Assembly: GCA_043785125.1 (NCBI GenBank)
Contig: JAYVXP010000212.1
Coordinates: forward strand, 923 to 64,922
Origin: Bacteroidia bacterium
Lineage (GTDB): Bacteria > Bacteroidota > Bacteroidia > Cytophagales > Cyclobacteriaceae
Length of the DNA: 64,000 nt
Reading direction: 5' to 3'
Shown here: positions 37,360-45,892 of the stretch, piece after piece
How the letters are laid out: each line of letters starts with the position of its first letter
How positions within the stretch are numbered: the first letter of the stretch is position 1
The notes under the pieces: model-generated
What the model was told of the DNA's origin: nothing
Databases searched by the model: none
What the model saw: only the letters and a program-made list of their open reading frames with translations
Position numbers and translations under genes: made by a program

Positions 37360-38364
37360 ATGGTGGAGACGGATATTTGCATCATTGGGGCCGGACCCGT
37401 CGGTTTGTTTGCGGTCTTTGAAGCGGGCTTGCTAAAAATGCGCTGCCACGTTGTGGATGCACTTCCAGTTGTGGGTGGGCAGCTTTCCGAAATCTATCCT
37501 AAAAAGCCGATCTATGATATTCCGGGTTATCCTGAAATCAAAGCCGAGGAGCTTGTCCAAAAACTACAACTACAAATCACGCCGTTTGAACCGACCTTCA
37601 CTTTAGGCGAGCGTATTGAGACACTTAAAAGGCTGGAAAACGGAAGTTTTTTTTTAGAGACTTCGGATCATACAGAAATACACGCCAAGGTCATTGTGAT
37701 CGCAGGCGGACTTGGCTGTTTTGAGCCACGAAAACCCGAACTGGATAAACTGGAAAGTTTCGAAGGCAAGGGCGTGGTGTATATGGTAAAGGACCCGGAA
37801 AAATTCCGTGATAAAAAATTGCTCATAGCGGGTGGTGGAGACTCCGCTTTGGATTGGACCATTTACCTGGCCGATATTGCAAAAGAAATAACACTGGTGC
37901 ACCGCAACGAATCCTTCCGTGGTTCGCCGGATTCGGCCCAAAAAGTTTCTGATCTGGCAAAGGCCGGAAAAATTAACTTGTTGCTAAGTACCAATTTGCT
38001 CTCCGTTCACGGTAACGGTGCGTTGAATTCGGTTCGCGTGTCCAACAAGGCGGGTGTGATCCGGGAAATCAAAACTGATTTCATGATTCCATTGTTTGGA
38101 CTAAGTCCGAAGCTGGGACCGATCGGAGAGTGGGGTTTGAACCTCGACAAGAATGCGATCGAAGTAAACACCCTTGATTATGCAACGAACATTCCTGCGA
38201 TTTTTGCCATTGGAGATATCAATACCTATCCTGGTAAACTTAAACTGATACTTAGTGGATTTCATGAGGGTGCCCTTATGGCACAAAGTGCATTTAAATT
38301 TGTCTACCCCAATCAAAAACTCAGCTTTAAATACACTACAGTAAACGGTGTCAATCCTTTTTAA
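37360..38364 (+). CDS. Ferredoxin--NADP reductase, thioredoxin-reductase-like type
   Basis: FAD motif IIGAGPVGLFA, NADPH motif IAGGGDSALDW, and AIGDI. Confidence 0.85.
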   Translation: MVETDICIIGAGPVGLFAVFEAGLLKMRCHVVDALPVVGGQLSEIYPKKPIYDIPGYPEIKAEELVQKLQLQITPFEPTFTLGERIETLKRLENGSFFLETSDHTEIHAKVIVIAGGLGCFEPRKPELDKLESFEGKGVVYMVKDPEKFRDKKLLIAGGGDSALDWTIYLADIAKEITLVHRNESFRGSPDSAQKVSDLAKAGKINLLLSTNLLSVHGNGALNSVRVSNKAGVIREIKTDFMIPLFGLSPKLGPIGEWGLNLDKNAIEVNTLDYATNIPAIFAIGDINTYPGKLKLILSGFHEGALMAQSAFKFVYPNQKLSFKYTTVNGVNPF

Positions 38365-38367
38365 TTC

Positions 38368-38685
38368 ATGATTCATTTTGAAGTAATAGACCGAACGGGC
38401 GAAAAAAAACCAGTGGAAGTCCCGGAGGAGATAAGCCTGAGTTTAATGGAAGTGCTTAAGGCATGGGATTATCCTGTATTGGCAACGTGTGGAGGTATGG
38501 CTTTATGTGCAACCTGCCAGGTGGAGGTGGTGTTCGGATTTGAAAAATTATTGGACCCTTCGCAGATAGAGTTAGCGATGCTGGATCAGCTTCCTCACGC
38601 CACACCAGTCAGCCGGTTGGCTTGTCAGATCAGGATGGTTGAAAATCTCAATGGGGCGGTTTTTACTTTAGCGGATGAGGATTGA
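38368..38685 (+). CDS. 2Fe-2S ferredoxin (adrenodoxin/putidaredoxin-like)
   Basis: Cys ligand pattern CGGMALCATCQV ... LACQ. Starts 3 nt after the reductase gene. Confidence 0.85.
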   Translation: MIHFEVIDRTGEKKPVEVPEEISLSLMEVLKAWDYPVLATCGGMALCATCQVEVVFGFEKLLDPSQIELAMLDQLPHATPVSRLACQIRMVENLNGAVFTLADED

Positions 38686-38789
38686 ATAGGTATCCAAGAA
38701 TGTGCGGAAGGCCGGAATGGGGCTAAGAACACGAAACCAATTGGTTGCACAAATATTGCCTGATGAATATCCGGGGCAATTTCAAAAAA

Positions 38790-40337
38790 TTATTTTGTTA
38801 CACTTTTTTGCATGACCCCGATGCTGGTGTCAATATCTGCCTGCATTCCATTTTCGAGAAAAATTGAAAAAGCCTTTGCATTGATTGGGGAAGCTGTGCC
38901 TTTGAAATTGTTGATCCGCAAATCCTTAAAATGAGCCACCTCAATGCCATGTGTGAAGTACGGCATTCTTGTGCCGGTCCATTCCAGTCGAAAATTTTCA
39001 ATGGTCAACCCGTTAACATATTGCGCATAAAACGCAGGTATATCCCGCTGAAATAGTTTATTTTTTTCTCCGGAACAGCCCCGGAGATCAATGTTTCCCC
39101 CGGCCACCTCGTTCAATCTTGAATCGACCAACTCAAATGTGACATCGCGGAAGGTTACATTTTCTATGATGCTTTCATCACTTCCAAAAAGTAAAAATCC
39201 GTTCTCCCCTTTGCAGGTGATGTTATCGAATTTTACATTTTTTATTTTTCCCAATTTTACGCTGTCATTTCCACGCACCGCAGAAATGTGGATGGGTTCA
39301 CCGTTTCCCCACCAATCTCCTGTCCGGAGTTTTGTTTCAATCGTCATATTGGAGATGTTGATATTTTCCAGAGAACCTTCATCCCTCAGGAAGATTCCGA
39401 TGCCACGGGTAGAGTTGGTAATATGACAATTGGATATATTAATATTGCGTACGGAATTTTGATCTAGAAAACCGATGCGAATACCACTCGAGTAGGACTG
39501 TAAATTGCAATTGGACACGGTGATGTTTTCAGAAAGATGGCGCAGTTTTTTGAAACCCGGAATCTCAAAATAATGATCGTAACCAACAATAGCAATTGCA
39601 TCATCACCAGACCGGATATCGCAGCTGGTGATAATCACATTATTACAGCTTGTTATATCAATTCCGTCGGCATTGGGAGCAAGCATATTAGTCCAGAGAC
39701 GAATTCCATCCACTTTAACGCCATCACAATCCGCAAAGTGCATCGTCCACATGGGAGCACGCGTAACAAAAACATCCTTGATGGTAACCCTTTTGCACTG
39801 GCTGAAGATAAACATTTGGTATGGGCGATCCTTGGGTGTCATCGGGCCATCACCTATTCCGCCATCCAAGACCTTTCGAAAATTTTCTTTTTGACGTGTA
39901 TATTGTGTGCCACCCCATTCAATTTTTTCTGCCTTGCCATGATCAAAGAAATTATCTCCGTTACCATCAATATTTCCAAACCCTGAGATATTAATGTTTT
40001 CGGCATTTTCAGCATAAAGCATTCCGTATCGGACCTGGTTGTAGGGTGTATAGTCTTTCAGATTCGGACTTCCGCGAAGAACGGCCCCGGCTTCCAAATA
40101 CAAATGAACGTTGCTCTTGAGATAAACCGTTCCAATGATAAAGATGCCTGTCGGAACAATAACCTTACCGCCACCATATCGATAGCAAGTATCTACCGCT
40201 TTCTGAACTGCCATGGTGTTGACCGTTTTGCCATCGCCGATGGCTCCGTATTTTGTAATATCAAATGATTGAGCATTGGTTTTCTGTGACCCTGAAAGAA
40301 TGCCCACAAGGAGCAAGCAGTATTTTATTGTGTTCAT
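38790..40337 (-). CDS. Right-handed beta-helix glycoside hydrolase, GH28-like
   Basis: Signal peptide, NADGIDITSCNNV, RSGDDAIAI, repeated ..NI.ISN.. coils. Confidence 0.8.
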   Translation of the reverse strand: MNTIKYCLLLVGILSGSQKTNAQSFDITKYGAIGDGKTVNTMAVQKAVDTCYRYGGGKVIVPTGIFIIGTVYLKSNVHLYLEAGAVLRGSPNLKDYTPYNQVRYGMLYAENAENINISGFGNIDGNGDNFFDHGKAEKIEWGGTQYTRQKENFRKVLDGGIGDGPMTPKDRPYQMFIFSQCKRVTIKDVFVTRAPMWTMHFADCDGVKVDGIRLWTNMLAPNADGIDITSCNNVIITSCDIRSGDDAIAIVGYDHYFEIPGFKKLRHLSENITVSNCNLQSYSSGIRIGFLDQNSVRNINISNCHITNSTRGIGIFLRDEGSLENINISNMTIETKLRTGDWWGNGEPIHISAVRGNDSVKLGKIKNVKFDNITCKGENGFLLFGSDESIIENVTFRDVTFELVDSRLNEVAGGNIDLRGCSGEKNKLFQRDIPAFYAQYVNGLTIENFRLEWTGTRMPYFTHGIEVAHFKDLRINNFKGTASPINAKAFSIFLENGMQADIDTSIGVMQKSVTK

Positions 40338-40616
40338 AGACCAAGCAATATATCCGAAAGCAAAGATACCGATTTACTTTTTAGAATGAACCATAGCATG
40401 TATTCCTGAAGACTCCGGATAGGCGTGAATGGTATTCAAATTTTAAGCAGTGGCACAGTTCTAGGAACAAGTCTTCTTTCTTGCTGGAGTCGAGTTGAAG
40501 CTTAGAGTAAATTACCTTGAGGCCTTTCTGGGAGAAAAACAAGCCAGCGGTGCTGTATAAGTTTACGGACTTACTTATTATTGGGTTCCCATGAATTCCC
40601 GCTCCCAAAGCATGAC

Positions 40617-40958
40617 TTATTTTAGACTGGCCTGCTTTTTTTTTGAAAGTTTATTCCTGACCAAATTATATGATTGATAAACATAATGCTCCCATTTTAG
40701 CCTATTTAGTACTGTTGTATCTTCTACTAAAACCCATTTGTATCTTGCCGAATAAGGCGCGGGGATAATTCCGATCGAGTTGGACAACTCAGCAAATTCT
40801 TCGTCTGGCACTTTGAATGAGACTTTGATCGGGCTGTCAAGTAAGACAACACAAAACATTTTCTCCCCTACCATAAAACACAGATCATTGTCCCATTTGA
40901 TTTCTTCGGTTACCGAAGGCAGCCCTTTGCAAATATCTCTTATTGTTTCAGTGTCCAT
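40617..40958 (-). CDS. MmcQ/YjbR-family protein
   Basis: 113 aa. LPSVTEEIKWDNDLCFMVGEKMFC and YSARYKWVLV are typical of YjbR. Confidence 0.8.
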   Translation of the reverse strand: MDTETIRDICKGLPSVTEEIKWDNDLCFMVGEKMFCVVLLDSPIKVSFKVPDEEFAELSNSIGIIPAPYSARYKWVLVEDTTVLNRLKWEHYVYQSYNLVRNKLSKKKQASLK

Positions 40959-41020
40959 TGTCAGAAAATAAGTTGCAATTAGGTCAGGAGGGCAGTAGAT
41001 GTTACCCCGTACGGCTCTTG

Positions 41021-41977
41021 TTATTTCTTTTCGTCATCAAGCCAAACCACGTGCTGTTCCGATTTATGATCTTGCCCAATAATGTCACGGTATAATTCTG
41101 GGCGTCTCGCTTTGATATATCTATGGCCTCCTGCCTGAATCGTTTTTTCAAATGTAATGGCCGAGGTTACAAAACTATCCTCGAAGGAACGACATTCAGC
41201 AATTACGTCCCCAAATGGGTCGATAATCATAGAGCAACCATTCTTCAACTGATCATCATCCATGCCAATGGGATTGGAGAAAACAACATAAATGCTATTA
41301 TCATAAGCCCTTGCCGGTAACCATTTCATTAACCAATCTCGTCCCTTCATTCCATCAAACTCCAATCGCAACGAAGTAGGATCATTTTCACGGTTTACCC
41401 AAAGTCCAGGATCTACAAAACCTGCACCCGGTCGCGGGGAGGGTGTGCACATCGTGACGTGAGGCATAAAAATGATGTTGGCTCCTAAAATCGTTGTCGC
41501 TCTCACGTTTTCAATAATGTTGTTATCGTAACAAATCAGAATTCCGCACTTCCAACCATACAGATCAAAAACACAATAATGATCACCGGGTGTAAGGTAT
41601 GGACTAATGAAAGGATGTAGTTTTCTATATTTAGCGATCATCCCGTTTTTACCTACACAGACATAGGCTTTGTATAAATAATTGTTTTCATCCTTTTCGA
41701 AAAGCCCAGCCAGGATTACAATATCATACTGTTTTGCTATCGCTGTCAGTTTTAGAATACTTTCTCCATCGGGAATAAATTCCGCCAGATCAAGCATCTG
41801 TTCCTTTGAAAGATTTCTGGCAAAGGTGTAACCAGTAATGGAGCATTCATGAAAAGCAATGACGGCGGAACCTTCACTCGCCGCCTTTTGGGCGAGTTGT
41901 TCTATCACAGAAAGATTATAGTTTTTGTCACCACTTCTGTTTTCAAATTGTGCTGTTGATATTTTTAATTTGTCCAT
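41021..41977 (-). CDS. Carbon-nitrogen hydrolase (nitrilase superfamily)
   Basis: Catalytic triad contexts AFHECSITGY (Glu), YRKLHPF (Lys) and CGILICYD (Cys). Start set to the ATG at 41977. Confidence 0.85.
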   Translation of the reverse strand: MDKLKISTAQFENRSGDKNYNLSVIEQLAQKAASEGSAVIAFHECSITGYTFARNLSKEQMLDLAEFIPDGESILKLTAIAKQYDIVILAGLFEKDENNYLYKAYVCVGKNGMIAKYRKLHPFISPYLTPGDHYCVFDLYGWKCGILICYDNNIIENVRATTILGANIIFMPHVTMCTPSPRPGAGFVDPGLWVNRENDPTSLRLEFDGMKGRDWLMKWLPARAYDNSIYVVFSNPIGMDDDQLKNGCSMIIDPFGDVIAECRSFEDSFVTSAITFEKTIQAGGHRYIKARRPELYRDIIGQDHKSEQHVVWLDDEKK

Positions 41978-42074
41978 AAGCAAACGGGCTATTCAAGCTG
42001 TCTTAATATCACCCGCGATCCTTCCATCAGTCTACCCAAGATAACTTTTAGCTGAAAGAATTGACGTATCTCGC

Positions 42075-42512
42075 TTATTGCTTAGACTTGGCAATAGTAT
42101 ATTTATAGATACAATGATCAATTGAAAATGTGTCCCATTCTTTTGGAAAAATGAGTAAGGAAATTACCAATATTGTACGGTACATCACATGTGACAAATC
42201 CCAAATCGGATCAGCTAAACCATGTCCGAACGAAACTATAACCAACACAGAAGCTAACGCATAAAGGGCATAATCCCTTTTAAAACCTAAAACAAGAAAC
42301 AGTCCTCCAATTAGCTCGACATAAGACGTGTAATAAGCTGTTGCATATGTTATATAATCTGGTAGCAAATTTTTGTATGTTTCGTGGAAGAACTCCATAT
42401 TATATACCTTTTCGACACCCCATGTAAAAACTTTGCCAAAGCCTTGCATTAGGAAAATAAACCCCAAAATTAATCGAGTCACTAGTACTGCTATAGTTCT
42501 ATTTAGATTCAC
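42075..42512 (-). CDS. DoxX-family membrane protein
   Basis: 145 aa, four TM helices, LRLILGFIFLMQGFGK-type N-terminus. GTG start. Confidence 0.7.
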   Translation of the reverse strand: MNLNRTIAVLVTRLILGFIFLMQGFGKVFTWGVEKVYNMEFFHETYKNLLPDYITYATAYYTSYVELIGGLFLVLGFKRDYALYALASVLVIVSFGHGLADPIWDLSHVMYRTILVISLLIFPKEWDTFSIDHCIYKYTIAKSKQ

Positions 42513-42908
42513 GTGTTTTGATCATAGATAATCGGTGGACTGCGAGCCGTGGCGGGTTCTTGAAGCCACGATTTTCTCTATGTGTCTGAACGAAATTAAG
42601 AAACTAAAGCCACAAATCAACATCTTTTCGTTATCAGCGGACTCGGGACTTTCGGAGCGCGCGTTGGGGCATTTTTGAAACTCACTCTTCCTACTTACGA
42701 TACTCTGGTATAAAAAATGCCTGCCTGCCGGACAGGGAATGTTTCCAAAAGCCCCTTTGGCGGTCCGGCATGTAGTGGAGTATTTGGGGAGGTACACCCA
42801 CAAGATAGCCATCTCCGGCCACCGCATTCTGAAGGTAAAATATGGATTTTTTTTATTGTGGCTAGTGATGAGCTCGTTAGCTACTATTGGTTACGAAAGG
42901 TTTTATTT

Positions 42909-45746
42909 CTAACGGCTCCTCACTAACTGTAATGTTTCTTTAAGCGATAATTTCCTCCCGGACTCTATTGCTTCATCCAATTCTACTTTTGATAATTTGG
43001 TTTTAGCGTCATCCAGGTAAATTTTGCCTTGAAATCCTTCTCCGTAATTGTTTACGATGCCTTCTTGCTCTGTAAAAAGTTGAGCCGCTGTTGCAATTTC
43101 AATGGCTTTGGCGGGACGACGCTCAACGGATTCTACGCCGGCAATTCCGAAAAGAGCTATTCCAATTCCGCGTACACTCCCAACATCTTCATAAGCACGG
43201 ATGGAATCCAGAAAATGTTTACGAGCTTCTTCCGCATTTTCAGCTTTTAAAAATACCCAGGCCATTTCTTCTAATATGCGGGCTTCTTCCGCACGATCCC
43301 CGATGGTGACAAATGAACTTAATGCAGCTTGGTATAAATCAATGGATTCCTGAGAATTTCCTCGGATAGAAGAAAGCAAAGCCAGTCCACCTTGCGAAAG
43401 CCCTCCACCCTCTCGGTCCGGAATTTTATTTTGAATAGCCAGCGCCAGGTCAAAAGATTTTTTTGCATCATCCAACTCTCCCTTTACCGTATGCATGATA
43501 CCAGCAGCACTGTGGGCAAAACCTATTTCAAAATCGGTTCCTGTCTCGAGACTCAGTTGAAGATATTCCTTCACACAGTTACTTGCTTCCGCTATCTTTC
43601 CTAATCCTAAATTGGCGATGAACATACTTAACATGGAAAATGCCATTGTTGATCTTTCGTTCAGCATCACGGCAATTTCATAAGCGCTTTGGTGTTCTTT
43701 TATACTTTGTTTACCCTTACCCAGGGTAGATGATGCAAGCCCCACTGTGTTTAAACACAAACATTTGCCTATGCTGAACGCCGGACAATTTGGTAAAGTA
43801 AGGAATGAATTGGAGTAATGTCTGGCTATAATATGCTTACATCGGATGTGCCAGAAAAAATATAATTGTCCGCAAATCGTTAAGCCAATTTCTACTGCTT
43901 CTTCATTACCACCCTTCCCTTCACTAAATAGAAAATCCAAAACGGATTGTAAGTTACTCTCTTCTAAAATTCCGTGATGCATTTCTTCGAGCTGATCTTT
44001 GCTTTCCAGACCTTGACGAATCTGGTTGGCGATCTTCAAAAAGTGTCGCGCCTGGCGGAGTTTTACTGTGTTGGTCTCCGAAATTGTGTCTAACCGTTCA
44101 AGGGCATATTCTTTAATGGTTTCAAGCATCATGAATCGGTCCGAGGATCCAACATGTTGTACCAATCCTTTATCAACCAGTGATTCTAGTTCGTCAAAAG
44201 CCAACGATGAATTTTCTTCATAACATGTTTCTTCAATGGCTTCCAAGGTGCATCCTCCAGAGAATACGGCCATTCTACGAAATAATTTTTTTTCATAATC
44301 AGTTAACAGGGAGTGGCTCCAATCAATGGTTGCTCGTAAGGTTTGATGTCGCTCGGGAAGATCCTTCGCACCGCTCGTGAGCACATCTAAAGCATGTTCT
44401 AAGCGTTGTAACAACTGTTTAGCGGACATCATTCGAATTCGCGCAGCAGCGAGTTCCAGGGCAAGGGGCAGGCCATCCAAGCGTTGACATATTTGAATAA
44501 CCTCGGCCGCATTTTCGCTGGTTAGCTGAAATGCATTGCTTACTTTTTTAGCCCGATCAACAAACAATGAAACAGATGGAAATTCCAGGAGAACGTCAAT
44601 AGATTTTAAATCCTTATTTGAGGGCAGTAAAAGTGGCTTCAGGGAGTACTCATATTCCGCACTTATCTTTAAAGGCGTGCGACTTGTCGTCAGTATTTTT
44701 AGATTTGGGCAAGTTGAAATTAACTCAGCAATCTGAGGAGCTACGGCAATGACTTGCTCTAGATTATCTAACACCAATAAAGCTTTTCGATCGCCAATAA
44801 CTGATGTGATTCCTTTCATTAAAGTTCTTCCTTCGGCCTCCTTAATTCCCAACGTATTCGCAAGTGTTGGGATCATATCTTCAGCCGCAGTAAGTGCGGC
44901 CATGGAAGCGAAGACAACATTTCCCGAAAACTTATCCTTCAGGCGATGAGAAAGTTCTAGTGCCAATCTTGTTTTGCCCATTCCACCCGAACCAACAATA
45001 GTGATAACCCTGTTCTCCTTTAGTAGTTCAGTGAGTTCAGTGAGTTCTTTGTCCCTACCAAATAAAGTTGTCGCGGGAATAGGAATGATGTTATTCATTC
45101 CTAGAAAACGTTCTGCTTTATTTTGAACAGGGTCACGAGAGGAGCTACCGACTTTTAAGGCATCCAAAATTTCTTTAATTGCATTGGCAACCTTATTGAT
45201 TTGATCTCTGTACGAAGTTTTGTTAAAATTCTCGTTCTGTTTATCACTTCTAATCAGCGGCCGATTAATCCCCGTTGACTTAAAAGTAAAATCAATCGCT
45301 CTCAGAATACCTCCCAGTTCTTTTTCAAGAGTACTCACATCGTTATTGTCTAACGCATGAATGCGAACTGGTAATATTCTGCTTGCTACATTGCCATTGG
45401 CAACTCTCACCTTTAATCCAAATTGATCTGTGGAGGCTAAATCCTGAAAAGGCAGGAGCTCATTTTTCCAGGCAAAACTGTTTGGATCACAATAGGTTTG
45501 GGAGACGATGGGGATTAGAATTAGCGACTTTATTTTTTCTCTTAAACTCAGATCAACATCGTGATGATCACTTAATCCATCGTGTAGGTTCGTATCAAAA
45601 TAAATAGAGATGTCTTCTTTGAAGGTAGCTTCGAGTTCTGTACGTAAAGCACTGACAAACTCCGTTACCCAATGATCGCCCTTGTTATCCTTATGGCGAT
45701 AAGAGATGAAGATATCATATCCAAAGTCAGGTATTATTGAAGGCAT
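42909..45746 (-). CDS. TIR-NB-ARC-TPR STAND NTPase (TIR-domain effector fused to an AP-ATPase and TPR sensor)
   Basis: 945 aa, ATG start. TIR: DIFISYRHKD and NSFAWKNEL. NB-ARC: VGSGGMGKT, LLVLDNLE, ILTTSR, DGLPLALE. Winged helix LFRRMAVFSGGCTLEAIE. About 380-aa helical-repeat C-terminus. Confidence 0.85.
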   Translation of the reverse strand: MPSIIPDFGYDIFISYRHKDNKGDHWVTEFVSALRTELEATFKEDISIYFDTNLHDGLSDHHDVDLSLREKIKSLILIPIVSQTYCDPNSFAWKNELLPFQDLASTDQFGLKVRVANGNVASRILPVRIHALDNNDVSTLEKELGGILRAIDFTFKSTGINRPLIRSDKQNENFNKTSYRDQINKVANAIKEILDALKVGSSSRDPVQNKAERFLGMNNIIPIPATTLFGRDKELTELTELLKENRVITIVGSGGMGKTRLALELSHRLKDKFSGNVVFASMAALTAAEDMIPTLANTLGIKEAEGRTLMKGITSVIGDRKALLVLDNLEQVIAVAPQIAELISTCPNLKILTTSRTPLKISAEYEYSLKPLLLPSNKDLKSIDVLLEFPSVSLFVDRAKKVSNAFQLTSENAAEVIQICQRLDGLPLALELAAARIRMMSAKQLLQRLEHALDVLTSGAKDLPERHQTLRATIDWSHSLLTDYEKKLFRRMAVFSGGCTLEAIEETCYEENSSLAFDELESLVDKGLVQHVGSSDRFMMLETIKEYALERLDTISETNTVKLRQARHFLKIANQIRQGLESKDQLEEMHHGILEESNLQSVLDFLFSEGKGGNEEAVEIGLTICGQLYFFWHIRCKHIIARHYSNSFLTLPNCPAFSIGKCLCLNTVGLASSTLGKGKQSIKEHQSAYEIAVMLNERSTMAFSMLSMFIANLGLGKIAEASNCVKEYLQLSLETGTDFEIGFAHSAAGIMHTVKGELDDAKKSFDLALAIQNKIPDREGGGLSQGGLALLSSIRGNSQESIDLYQAALSSFVTIGDRAEEARILEEMAWVFLKAENAEEARKHFLDSIRAYEDVGSVRGIGIALFGIAGVESVERRPAKAIEIATAAQLFTEQEGIVNNYGEGFQGKIYLDDAKTKLSKVELDEAIESGRKLSLKETLQLVRSR
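42912..44069 (-). other. TPR-like helical repeat sensor region (aa ~560-945)
   Basis: Repeated A/L/Y-rich helix pairs (e.g. AEEARKHFLDSIRAYEDVG). C-terminal cap ..ESGRKLSLKETLQLV resembles the end of AfsR/LuxR-type STAND-TPR proteins. Confidence 0.65.
44217..45074 (-). other. NB-ARC / AP-ATPase module plus winged helix (aa ~225-510)
   Basis: Walker A codons at 44970-44993 (GSGGMGKT, Lys258), Walker B Asp327, TTSR, GLPLA (aa 425-429). Confidence 0.8.
45297..45722 (-). other. TIR domain of the STAND protein (aa ~9-150)
   Basis: Beta-A motif FISY, LIPIVSQTY, and W-K-N-E-L with the putative catalytic Glu96 (codon 45459-45461). Confidence 0.75.
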
Positions 45747-45759
45747 TTGGTAAAAATAG

Positions 45760-45767
45760 CAAATTTA
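45760..45767 (-). promoter_or_regulatory. Candidate Bacteroidota -7 promoter box for the TIR-STAND gene
   Basis: The reverse complement reads TAAATTTG, an exact fit to TAnnTTTG, 14-21 nt upstream of the ATG at 45746. Confidence 0.4.
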
Positions 45768-45892
45768 TGCTGACCCTTTACTGGCTTAAAGTGTCAGGCC
45801 CAGTTAAATCAAAGCGAAAAGAAGTTCATCACTTCCTCAGGGCTTTTCGTCTACTCGGCTTATTGTTGCAGCCAGTACTTTGTTCGTTTGTT

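Noticed and set aside
40381-40608. 75-aa minus-strand ORF between the GH28 and YjbR genes
   Set aside because: No motif is present and the start is uncertain. The region is better described as a long spacer.
42522-42926. 101-aa (minus) and 69-aa (plus) ORFs in the spacer downstream of the TIR-STAND gene
   Set aside because: They overlap each other, are Arg/Cys/Pro-rich and have no recognisable domain. I therefore do not propose them as partners of the TIR-STAND gene.
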